Origin: a virus
Lineage: Duplodnaviria > Caudoviricetes
Virus record (IMG/VR): IMGVR_UViG_3300035561_000026
Location: 1-25,475 of that record
DNA length: 25,475 bases
Strand: one strand, 5' to 3'
This document shows positions 1-7,292 of this stretch, one piece after another. The notes under the pieces are model-generated. The model saw only the letters and a list, made by a program, of their open reading frames with translations, ran no database searches and was not told where the DNA came from. Made by a program: the position numbers and the translations under genes. The number at the start of each line of letters is the position of its first letter. The stretch's first letter is position 1.

Positions 1-185
1 TAGAATGGTTAAAGAGTTATATACAAAACGAGCTAGACAAAGCAAGGGAAGAGGGAAAGAGAGAAGCACTAGAGCAGATACAAAGGGTTATGGAAGATGA
101 GATGTTAGTAATTGCAAGAGAAGGAACTGACATATTAGAAAAATACATAGAAAGGTGGATATCTAAATTAAAGGATAGTAAGTAA
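1..185 (+). CDS. 5'-truncated small hypothetical phage protein (..EWLKSYIQNELDKAREEGKREALEQI..ISKLKDSK)
   Basis: Open frame from position 3 to TAA 183-185, hand-translated; similar to the frame ending at 1882. Confidence 0.7.
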   Translation, partial: EWLKSYIQNELDKAREEGKREALEQIQRVMEDEMLVIAREGTDILEKYIERWISKLKDSK

Positions 186-186
186 T

Positions 187-422
187 ATGAAGAAGAAAGA
201 GGAAATAGTAGAAATAGATATTGGAGATATGAAGTTTGAGGTTAAACACGAGAAGAGTATATTGCACCACTACGAGGTGTTTAGGACACACGAGATAAAC
301 ATTTTGGACATTTAATAGAACTACCATTTAAGGAATTTGAGTTTAGTATTGATACTGTAGATGGAAAACACAAGTTACACCTAGATAGAATAAAAGAGAG
401 ATTATCTAAATTAAACAAATAA
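187..422 (+). pseudogene. Small hypothetical gene interrupted by an apparent -1 frameshift
   Basis: ATG 187 frame stops at TAA 313-315. The -1 frame is open 285-422 (..RDKHFGHLIELPFKEF..RLSKLNK) and ends in the same SKL motif as neighbouring ORFs. Confidence 0.55.
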
Positions 423-427
423 GGTAA

Positions 428-1606
428 ATGAAAGAAATAAAAACAGAATTAAGACCTATCAAAATGTGGCTGGAAGATATAGAAGACGGTGCTATGCAAC
501 AAATTAAAAACATAGCTAATCTCCCATTTGTTTATAAGTGGGTTGCAGTAATGCCAGATAGTCACCAAGGGTATGGTATGCCAATAGGTGGTGTGGTTGC
601 ACTTAAAAACATTATATCTCCTAACATGGTAGGTGTTGATATAGGTTGTGGTATGTGTGCTATCAATACACATATTGAAGCAGATACAGTTACTAAAGAC
701 CAATTAAAAGAGATACTTGGGAGAATTAGGGCAGTAGTGCCAGTAGGGTTTAAGCACCATAACCACGAGCAAGACATTATGTTAATGCCGGATATGAAAG
801 ATTTAGATATGCCAGTCGTTAGAAGAGAATATAAGAATGCTAGAACGCAGCTAGGGACACTGGGAGGGGGCAATCACTTCATAGAATTGCAGGAAAGTGA
901 TGAAGGAGAGCTGTGGATTATGTTACACTCTGGGAGTAGAAATTTAGGTAAACAGGTTTGTGATTATTATAACGATAAAGCAATAGAGGTGGCAAAGAAG
1001 TGGTATATCCCAAATGTAGTTGAACAGGATTTAGCATATTTTCCTGCTGATAGTGAATTAGGAAAAGCGTATATTGAGGAAATGCAATACTGTGTTGACT
1101 TTGCGTTTGCTAATAGGTCGTTAATGATGAATAGGGTAGTTGAATGTGTGGCAAATGTTTTAGGGGAGTTCTCGGTAGGAGAGCCAATGATAAACATAGC
1201 ACATAATTATGCTTCTTTAGAAAATCATATGGGTAGTAATGTCTGGGTTCATAGAAAGGGGGCAACTAGAGCATATGAAGACGAAATTGGAATTATACCT
1301 GGCAGTATGGGAACAAAGTCTTACATTGTTAAGGGTTTAGGTAACCCACAATCATTTAAGAGTTGTTCACACGGAGCTGGCAGAGTAATGAGTAGAAGCC
1401 AAGCCAGTAGAGAACTAACCTTAGAAGAGGTAGAGAAAGCTATGGAGGGTATTGTATATGGCAGGTGGGGTAAAGACAGGAAGGGAAGAACGGACTTCGG
1501 AGAAGCACCACAAGCATATAAAGATATAGATGTAGTTATGGAAAACCAGAAAGATTTAGTAGAGATAGTAACAGAATTAAAACCACTGGCAGTTGTAAAG
1601 GGTTAA
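428..1606 (+). CDS. rtcB: RtcB-family 3'-phosphate/5'-OH RNA ligase
   Basis: Motifs PDSHQG..PIG, VGVDIGCGM, LGTLGGGNHFIE, HSGSRNLG, HNY, HRKGAT, PGSMG, SHGAGR, EAPQAYKDI. Confidence 0.97.
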   Translation: MKEIKTELRPIKMWLEDIEDGAMQQIKNIANLPFVYKWVAVMPDSHQGYGMPIGGVVALKNIISPNMVGVDIGCGMCAINTHIEADTVTKDQLKEILGRIRAVVPVGFKHHNHEQDIMLMPDMKDLDMPVVRREYKNARTQLGTLGGGNHFIELQESDEGELWIMLHSGSRNLGKQVCDYYNDKAIEVAKKWYIPNVVEQDLAYFPADSELGKAYIEEMQYCVDFAFANRSLMMNRVVECVANVLGEFSVGEPMINIAHNYASLENHMGSNVWVHRKGATRAYEDEIGIIPGSMGTKSYIVKGLGNPQSFKSCSHGAGRVMSRSQASRELTLEEVEKAMEGIVYGRWGKDRKGRTDFGEAPQAYKDIDVVMENQKDLVEIVTELKPLAVVKG

Positions 1607-1680
1607 CAGGGTGTGGCTCAGATGGCTAGAGTGCCTGCATTGGAAGCAGGAGGTCGCAGGTTCAAGTCCTGCCACCCTGA
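1607..1680 (+). tRNA. tRNA-Pro(UGG), CCA not encoded
   Basis: Cloverleaf: acceptor CAGGGTG/CACCCTG with discriminator A; D arm GCTC/GAGT; anticodon arm CCTGC-ATTGGAA-GCAGG (TGG at 1641-1643); T arm GCAGG-TTCAAGT-CCTGC. C1-G72 and A73 match Pro identity. Confidence 0.95.
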
Positions 1681-1703
1681 TATTAAATTAAGTAAATAGT
1701 AAT

Positions 1704-1882
1704 ATGGAGATTTAGAGAAAGACCAAAATCCAGATGAATGGTTGTGGAATAGGATAAAGCAAGAACTATTCAAAGAAAGGGAAAAGGGGAAGATAGAAAT
1801 AATAGACAAAATGATGTCAGCAATTGGGGGAGAGAGAGAGTTCCTAGAAAGTATGCTATCTAAATTAAACAAAGAAGAATAA
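1704..1882 (+). pseudogene. Small hypothetical gene, paralogue of the 1..185 ORF, with its ATG out of frame
   Basis: ATG 1704 reads M-E-I-stop. The -1 frame reads DLEKDQNPDEWLWNRIKQELFKEREKGKIEII..LSKLNKEE to TAA 1880-1882; one added base restores the gene. Confidence 0.55.
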
Positions 1883-1987
1883 ATGAATAAGCTACAAAAA
1901 GATATGGCGATCTTACTAGCTCTGTTTGGGGTAGCACTCTTAACCATTGTTATTACAGGGATTTTAGTTGTTATACAGTTAGCATGA
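1883..1987 (+). CDS. 34-aa single-pass membrane protein (MNKLQKDMAILLALFGVALLTIVITGILVVIQLA)
   Basis: Hand-translated; directly follows the upstream TAA, overlaps the next gene by ATGA; long hydrophobic stretch. Confidence 0.7.
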   Translation: MNKLQKDMAILLALFGVALLTIVITGILVVIQLA

Positions 1988-2376
1988 AAGTAATACAAGT
2001 AGAGTTAAAGAATTACAATAGAAGAGCAGACTCTAGTGTGTCATTTAGGGCGGATTCTCTCATAGAGTTGTCCAGTAAGGAGATAGGGGAGGTCGATAGT
2101 TACAGGGGTTCTGTAGGGTTTCTAGTATTGACAGATATTATGATAGGAAATGAGGTTAAGGTTGATGTAAATGAGATACTTAAAAACCTACCAGAGAATG
2201 ACGCTATAGACAATTACAAGAGTCCAAGTAAAAGGTTTAGGGATATACTTTGGAGATTACTAGAGCAGGATCTTGGAAGGAAGCCGAGTAAGGAAGAGTT
2301 TGCAGACTACTACAAGAGAGAGTATGACAAGATATGTAGTCATTATAAAGATAAGTTTGATGAGGATTTAGTATGA
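1984..2376 (+). CDS. Hypothetical phage protein
   Basis: 130-aa ORF with ATGA overlaps at both ends. Confidence 0.8.
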   Translation: MKVIQVELKNYNRRADSSVSFRADSLIELSSKEIGEVDSYRGSVGFLVLTDIMIGNEVKVDVNEILKNLPENDAIDNYKSPSKRFRDILWRLLEQDLGRKPSKEEFADYYKREYDKICSHYKDKFDEDLV

Positions 2377-2582
2377 AAAAGACTAATAAGTGTGAATTAT
2401 GTGGAAAGAGATATAAGTATCCAGAATATAGTCTTGCAGGGGATGTGAGGGAGAGGATTTGTTTTACTTGCGAAATGGCAAAGAAATTAGTTGAAGCTAC
2501 TGAGGAGGCGTTAGTTTCCCAGTATGGAGCGCGATACTTGAACTTCTTAGAAAGATATTTGAACTGGAGGGGGGAGAAATGA
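2373..2582 (+). CDS. Hypothetical protein with two CxxC motifs (putative Zn finger)
   Basis: CELC and CFTC; ATGA overlaps on both sides. Confidence 0.75.
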   Translation: MKKTNKCELCGKRYKYPEYSLAGDVRERICFTCEMAKKLVEATEEALVSQYGARYLNFLERYLNWRGEK

Positions 2583-2686
2583 TAATAACACTACTAATAG
2601 TTTGGTTGTTAAGTGCTATATTTAATATATCGTTTTGGACAATGCTTTTAATAACAGTAATAATTTTAATTTTATTCAATAACTAA
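2579..2686 (+). CDS. 35-aa hydrophobic membrane peptide (MIITLLIVWLLSAIFNISFWTMLLITVIILILFNN)
   Basis: Hand-translated; ATGA overlap upstream and stop 1 nt before the next ATG. Confidence 0.65.
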   Translation: MIITLLIVWLLSAIFNISFWTMLLITVIILILFNN

Positions 2687-2687
2687 C

Positions 2688-2915
2688 ATGATAGAGAAAC
2701 AAGGAAAGAAGTACTACACAATGCATGAGGTGAGTCAATTAACAGGGGTAAACATGATCACGGTGTACAGGAGGGCAAGGACAAGGGACGTCGATGTAAT
2801 TATTCACGAGGGACACAAACACCTAAGTGAAGATTCATTTGATATGATAAAGAAAATGGGTAGTCCAGGCCGACCTCCAAAGAAGGAGATTGACAAAGCA
2901 GTCGATATGGGTTAA
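2688..2915 (+). CDS. Small helix-turn-helix DNA-binding protein (excisionase/MerR-like)
   Basis: YYTMHEVSQLTGVNMITVYRRAR fits the YxxxEVAxxxGVxxxTVYR pattern; C-terminal PGRP motif. Confidence 0.75.
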   Translation: MIEKQGKKYYTMHEVSQLTGVNMITVYRRARTRDVDVIIHEGHKHLSEDSFDMIKKMGSPGRPPKKEIDKAVDMG

Positions 2916-2918
2916 ATT
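2890..2918 (+). promoter_or_regulatory. Sigma70-type promoter
   Basis: TTGACA (2890-2895), 17-nt spacer, TAAATT (2913-2918), 26 nt upstream of ATG 2945. Confidence 0.7.
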
Positions 2919-2944
2919 ACCTAATAACGTTTTAACGAACACAA

Positions 2945-3322
2945 ATGCCCCGAAAACCTAGTAAAAAGACACTAAGGAACAAATTAGACAAAGCATGGTC
3001 ACAACTTGTAAAGCTTCAGGCAGGAAACAAATGTGAAGTATGCGGAAGCTCCGAGACGTTAAACAGCCATCATATTGTAGGAAGAAGAAACCTCCGTTTA
3101 AGGTGGGAGGTTATGAACGGCGTATGTCTTTGCGTAAAGCACCACAAGTTTGGTAATCAGTCTGCACACGAAAACCCTGTGTGGTTTGAAGACTGGCTAA
3201 AAGAAAACAGGGGACAGGATCTCAAACTCATTAGAAGCACTATGAATGAAATCCAGAAGTGGACTATTGAAGATATGCAAGAGAAGTTAAAGGAACTCGA
3301 GGAAGACCTAGAGGCTATTTAA
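2945..3322 (+). CDS. HNH / NinG-like endonuclease
   Basis: KLDKAWSQLVK, CEVC, SHHIVGR, RW..MNGVCLCVKHH. Confidence 0.8.
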   Translation: MPRKPSKKTLRNKLDKAWSQLVKLQAGNKCEVCGSSETLNSHHIVGRRNLRLRWEVMNGVCLCVKHHKFGNQSAHENPVWFEDWLKENRGQDLKLIRSTMNEIQKWTIEDMQEKLKELEEDLEAI

Positions 3323-3338
3323 ATTTTATTTTAGGGTG

Positions 3339-3866
3339 ATGGCCAAGAAATATTTTTGTAAAGACTGCGGAGAGGAGAAGAGCCCTAAGGGGGTATACTG
3401 TAAGGTGTGTAGGTATAAGTATGCAAAAAGGCCATCTGGGCTTAAGTATAACATTAAAGTTAAAAACAAGGCCTGGTTCAAGAAAGGAAACGTGCCTTGG
3501 AACGAGGGTAAGAAGCTCCCTTACGATGTATGGAACAAGGGGACAAAAGGGGTAGTGAAGGAGAACAGGACCTCCTTTAAAAAAGGTGAGAATGTAGCAG
3601 ATGAAAACTTTGCCTGGAAGGGTGATAGAGTTGGGTATTTTGCACTACATACATGGATGAGGAGAAACTTTGATTGGGCAGAGGAGTGTAAGTTTTGTGG
3701 CTCTAAGGACAACTTGGAGTTAGCAAATATAGAGTATATTTATAACAGAGACCCAAAGAACTGGGAAGTTCTCTGTCATGGGTGTCATCAGAAGTATGAC
3801 CGCCAGAATAACTGGGGTTATGCTACTGAAAAATTTAATTTAAGGGGAGGATTAATTTATGAGTAA
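3339..3866 (+). CDS. HNH-type homing endonuclease-like protein with NUMOD3-like repeats
   Basis: N-terminal CxxC pairs; FKKGxxPWNxG-type repeats; WKGD..GY.ALH.W; CKFC..ANI..NWEVLCHGCHQKYD. Alternative GTG start at 3336. Confidence 0.75.
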   Translation: MAKKYFCKDCGEEKSPKGVYCKVCRYKYAKRPSGLKYNIKVKNKAWFKKGNVPWNEGKKLPYDVWNKGTKGVVKENRTSFKKGENVADENFAWKGDRVGYFALHTWMRRNFDWAEECKFCGSKDNLELANIEYIYNRDPKNWEVLCHGCHQKYDRQNNWGYATEKFNLRGGLIYE

Positions 3867-4872
3867 GAAAAAAACGAGGGTCGCCATAACGGGAGCTTCG
3901 GGCTTTGTAGGGTCGCACCTTGTAGAGCACATAATGAAGACAACGGATTGGGAGGTGGTAGCCCTGGTCAAAATGGACAGGACAGGGGACCTAAACAGGC
4001 TACAGGAGATTGTAGACGACCACCCAGAGTGGAGAGAGAGAATCATAGTAGTAAGGCACGACCTTAACGACTCCATGAACTCGGTGCACAAGCACATAGG
4101 GGAGGTGGACTATATTGCACATTTGGCAGCTTGTTCCCATGTAGACTACTCCATTAAAGAGCCAGTAGAGGTGTTTACCAACAATGCTAGGACAACAGCC
4201 CAGGCTTTAGAGTATGCAAGGACAAAGCAACCTAACCTAAAGAAATTCCTATACTTCTCTACGGATGAAGTTTATGGACCAGCACCAGAAGGTTATGACT
4301 TTACAGAAGAAGACAAAATGCATCCTAGCAACCCTTACAGTGCAGGGAAAGCAGCAGGAGAGGAAATCACAATAGCCTACGGAGTTACCTACGGGTTACC
4401 ATACTTGATTACCAACACTATGAATATCTTTGGTGAGAGGCAAGACCCAGAGAAGTTAATACCAAAGTCTATGCAATTCCTTAATGAGGGAGAGCCTATG
4501 ACTATACACGGGACACCAGGAAACATAGGTAAGAGGCACTGGTTGCACGCAAGGAATGCAGCAGATGCTACTGTATTTTTACTTCAGCACTCTATCGTTA
4601 ATGATAAGGTTCACATAGTAGGAGACATAGAGCTTAATAACTTAGAAGTGTTTGAGATGATAGCAAAGGCAATGGGAAGGAAGAAGATAGAAGAAGGAAA
4701 AGACTATGTATTTGTAGACTTCCACAGCACTAGGCCAGGACACGACAGTAGGTATGCAATGAGTGGGGATAAGTTGGCAAGTCTGGGTTGGGTTCCACCA
4801 GTAGGGTTTGAAGAGAGTCTTGAGAAGACAGTTAAGTGGACAATGGAGAGACCTAATTGGATAGCTAAATAA
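3859..4872 (+). CDS. NAD-dependent NDP-sugar dehydratase, dTDP-glucose 4,6-dehydratase (RmlB/RfbB)-like
   Basis: ITGASGFVGSH Rossmann motif, HLAACSHVD, STDEVYG, NPYSAGK (YxxxK), PEKLIP, RPGHDSRYA. Confidence 0.9.
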   Translation: MSKKKTRVAITGASGFVGSHLVEHIMKTTDWEVVALVKMDRTGDLNRLQEIVDDHPEWRERIIVVRHDLNDSMNSVHKHIGEVDYIAHLAACSHVDYSIKEPVEVFTNNARTTAQALEYARTKQPNLKKFLYFSTDEVYGPAPEGYDFTEEDKMHPSNPYSAGKAAGEEITIAYGVTYGLPYLITNTMNIFGERQDPEKLIPKSMQFLNEGEPMTIHGTPGNIGKRHWLHARNAADATVFLLQHSIVNDKVHIVGDIELNNLEVFEMIAKAMGRKKIEEGKDYVFVDFHSTRPGHDSRYAMSGDKLASLGWVPPVGFEESLEKTVKWTMERPNWIAK

Positions 4873-4889
4873 ATTTAGTTTCTGCCCAA

Positions 4890-5237
4890 ATGAATAAGAC
4901 CGAGGCCCGTTTTAGCACAAGTAGCGAGGGGATAGCTTCTTTTATGATATGGCACTCGGTCTACCCCGATCGTCTAGCAGAGCTCTCAACTGGTCCTGTA
5001 TTGCTTTTCTTTAAGGATAAAGACTACAATGGTATAATATACAAGTACTGGAAGGGTGAGGCCATACCAATGTGTGAAATGGCGGAATGCCTAGCAGTAG
5101 TCCAGAAGATATTTAGACTAGGCACAATAGACAATGATTGGTTCTTTGATATGTGGGACGAAATATATGACATAAGGGGAGACTACAAGAACCAAGGCAA
5201 TTTAAGTTTACTAGAAGAAGACGATGGGTGTGAGTAA
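4890..5237 (+). CDS. Hypothetical protein
   Basis: 115-aa ORF in operon context. Confidence 0.7.
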   Translation: MNKTEARFSTSSEGIASFMIWHSVYPDRLAELSTGPVLLFFKDKDYNGIIYKYWKGEAIPMCEMAECLAVVQKIFRLGTIDNDWFFDMWDEIYDIRGDYKNQGNLSLLEEDDGCE

Positions 5238-5346
5238 GGCATACACAATAGACTTATACGACAAGGAAAGGATGAAGAAGTACCAAGAGAACTACGAAGC
5301 AATATTTGGCAAGAAGAAGAAAAAGAAAAAGAAGATAGTAAAATAA
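5224..5346 (+). CDS. 40-aa basic protein (..KKYQENYEAIFGKKKKKKKKIVK)
   Basis: Hand-translated; fills the gap before the terminase genes; poly-Lys tail. Alternative GTG start at 5230. Confidence 0.6.
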   Translation: MGVSKAYTIDLYDKERMKKYQENYEAIFGKKKKKKKKIVK

Positions 5347-5359
5347 CCTGTAATTCGTA

Positions 5360-5677
5360 ATGACAAAAGAGATAACAAAAGTAGTAGAAGAAAGTGAGAA
5401 TAAGGGAATACAGTCTGGAATAGACAGGGAGTTCTTTATTCTTTACTGCGAAGAGAAGGAACAGTTGAAAAAGAGTATGGACAGTCTCATTGACTTAGCA
5501 GAGAACTCAGAGGACGAGAGAATTAGGGCAGATATTAACAAGTACATCATCAACCAGATAATAGGAAGTGCTAAACAATCGGCAGAGATAGAGGCAAGGG
5601 GGGTAGAAATTATAGTTAAGTCGGGGATATTAAATGACAAGGATTCAGACCAAACAGACCAAACAGATAAGTCTTAA
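5360..5677 (+). CDS. Probable terminase small subunit
   Basis: Immediately upstream of and overlapping the large subunit; helical protein with LIDLAENSEDERIR..YIINQIIG. Confidence 0.6.
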   Translation: MTKEITKVVEESENKGIQSGIDREFFILYCEEKEQLKKSMDSLIDLAENSEDERIRADINKYIINQIIGSAKQSAEIEARGVEIIVKSGILNDKDSDQTDQTDKS

Positions 5678-7022
5678 CCTGTGGTATCCAGAGTTCATCT
5701 TACCGGCATTAAGAGACACTACTCATATAACTGTTATACCAGCAGGTAGACAGATAGGTAAAACTCAAAACACGGCTCAATGGCTTATTGAGGAAACCAT
5801 GAAACTAGGAGTACAGACTCTCTGGGTTGATACGGTTCATGGCAACATTGACAAGTATGTTAAGAGGGTATTTTTACCAGCATTAGCTCCCGTTATCAAG
5901 TATGTTAAGTGGAACGAGCAAAAGAAGGTTTTAGACTTACCAAGGGGTGGTATAGACTTTGGTTCTTCTCAGAATCCACAGAACTTAGAGGGTTTTAATT
6001 ATCCTAGGGCTGTACTTAACGAGGCGGGGCATATTCTTAAAAAGGAGTCTCTCTGGTACAACACGCTAGGTGCTATGATTAAGGACGAAAAGAATCAGAC
6101 CAAGGTTATAGGAACTCCAAAGGGAAAGGGACTGTTTTCTAAGTTGTACGAGAAGGGGTTGGCTGGAGATTCTGGTTATGCTTCCTACAGATATACTGTG
6201 TATGACTCCCCTTTTTGGAATAACGAGCAGATAGAGAGTGTTCGTGTCTCTACACCTACGGCCATATTTAACCAGGAGTATTTAGCCTCGTTTGAAGACT
6301 TTGTAGGGCTTATTTATCCTGACTTTAACCATGAAAGACACATGACTTCTTACCCAGACAAAGACATTAGGGACATATTCTTTATAGGTATAGACATAGG
6401 TTGGACTAATCCCACTGCAATCCTTTTAATGAAAGAGGACATAAACCACAACCTTTATGTGTTAGACGAAATACAGGATGTTTCTTTAGACGCCCCAGGA
6501 ATCTCAAGACAAATACAGTCTATTTTGATTCGAAATGATGTGAAGAAAGCAGATATAAGTTCTTTTATTATTGACCCAGCAAGTAGGAAGACAGAAAGCA
6601 CAAGTACAATGTCTATGTTTGACCAGTTAGTAGAAGAGGGTTGGCCATTGGTATCGGGTAACAATGATGTATTGGCAGGTATTAGTAGGGTAACAAGGTT
6701 ACTAAAAGAGAATAAACTATTCTTTACAAACAAGTGTGAGAAACTAAGACAAGAGATAGAGGAGTATCACTGGAAAGAAGTTCCGGAAGATTCAGACCAA
6801 GACAGGAACAGGCCATTTAAGGTGAAGGATCATAGTTTGGACGCAATGAGGTATGTGGTAATGAGCAGACCGGACTACTTTGAACACCCAAGACTAGACG
6901 ATTACGGAAGAGTTATTAGTGATACAGAAGACATTACATACCAAGACCCTGAGCAAGACGATATTATTGACTTTTTAGACGAGGGTGGAGACTTAATGGA
7001 GGACGGAGGGAGTATTTATTAG
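5634..7022 (+). CDS. terL: Terminase large subunit
   Basis: Walker A AGRQIGKT, Walker B-like AVLNEAG, motif III GTPKG, QEYLASF, RNase H-like GIDIGWTNP, IDPA and DHSLDAMRY. Confidence 0.95.
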   Translation: MTRIQTKQTKQISLNLWYPEFILPALRDTTHITVIPAGRQIGKTQNTAQWLIEETMKLGVQTLWVDTVHGNIDKYVKRVFLPALAPVIKYVKWNEQKKVLDLPRGGIDFGSSQNPQNLEGFNYPRAVLNEAGHILKKESLWYNTLGAMIKDEKNQTKVIGTPKGKGLFSKLYEKGLAGDSGYASYRYTVYDSPFWNNEQIESVRVSTPTAIFNQEYLASFEDFVGLIYPDFNHERHMTSYPDKDIRDIFFIGIDIGWTNPTAILLMKEDINHNLYVLDEIQDVSLDAPGISRQIQSILIRNDVKKADISSFIIDPASRKTESTSTMSMFDQLVEEGWPLVSGNNDVLAGISRVTRLLKENKLFFTNKCEKLRQEIEEYHWKEVPEDSDQDRNRPFKVKDHSLDAMRYVVMSRPDYFEHPRLDDYGRVISDTEDITYQDPEQDDIIDFLDEGGDLMEDGGSIY

Positions 7023-7024
7023 TG

Positions 7025-7033
7025 TGATATAAT
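7025..7033 (+). promoter_or_regulatory. Extended -10 promoter, probably giving a leaderless transcript
   Basis: TGATATAAT, with ATG 7040 only 6 nt after the hexamer. Confidence 0.6.
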
Positions 7034-7039
7034 TAATAT

Positions 7040-7276
7040 ATGGAACTAATGTTAGCAATTATAGCAGGAATAGCGGTGTTGGGCTTAATAGCCATGGGAA
7101 TTGTTATTGTTATTACTTCTAAACAGGAAAGAGAGAGTTTACACCAGTTAATTAAGAGTAAGGATTTGGTAGAGTATGTATCAGCACAGGACGATGAGGA
7201 TGAAGAACCAGAGGAGCCAGAGGTAGAGATAGACATTACAGACATACCAGTTTTAACAGAAGAATCGAGGGAATAA
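7040..7276 (+). CDS. Small membrane-anchored protein with acidic C-terminus
   Basis: About 25 hydrophobic N-terminal residues; DDEDEEPEEPEVE tail; lies between terL and portal. Confidence 0.8.
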   Translation: MELMLAIIAGIAVLGLIAMGIVIVITSKQERESLHQLIKSKDLVEYVSAQDDEDEEPEEPEVEIDITDIPVLTEESRE

Positions 7277-7292
7277 GTTTACATAAAGAGCT

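Larger units (their letters stand above)
162..1868 (+). repeat. Dispersed repeat TCTAAATTAA at 162-171, 405-414 and 1859-1868 (degenerate copy at 1681-1692)
   Basis: Three exact TATCTAAATTAAA copies; two share 17 nt (TATCTAAATTAAACAAA at 403-419 and 1857-1873). Each ends 12-14 nt before an ATG. Confidence 0.85.

Noticed and set aside
1607-1680. tRNA as a prophage attachment site
   Set aside because: Phage-like genes on both sides, no integrase and no duplicated tRNA 3' end in the window.
282-1715. TAG reassignment as an explanation for the two broken ORFs
   Set aside because: Reading through TAG 282-284 or 1713-1715 does not link either ATG to the conserved frame, and TAG ends terL, the 15479 fibre, the 21168 gene and the 22405 gene normally.
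160-1873. CRISPR array or integron attC sites
   Set aside because: Repeats are 13-17 nt, irregularly spaced, inside coding ends, without attC-like palindromes; no cas or integrase gene.
5030-5038. TGGTATAAT inside the 4890-5237 ORF
   Set aside because: Matches the extended -10 but is intragenic and lacks the downstream TCGAGG motif or a nearby start codon.
5645-5669. CAGACCAAA tandem repeat in the terminase gene overlap as a pac site
   Set aside because: Two full 9-nt copies inside a dual-coding overlap; nothing else supports a packaging role.
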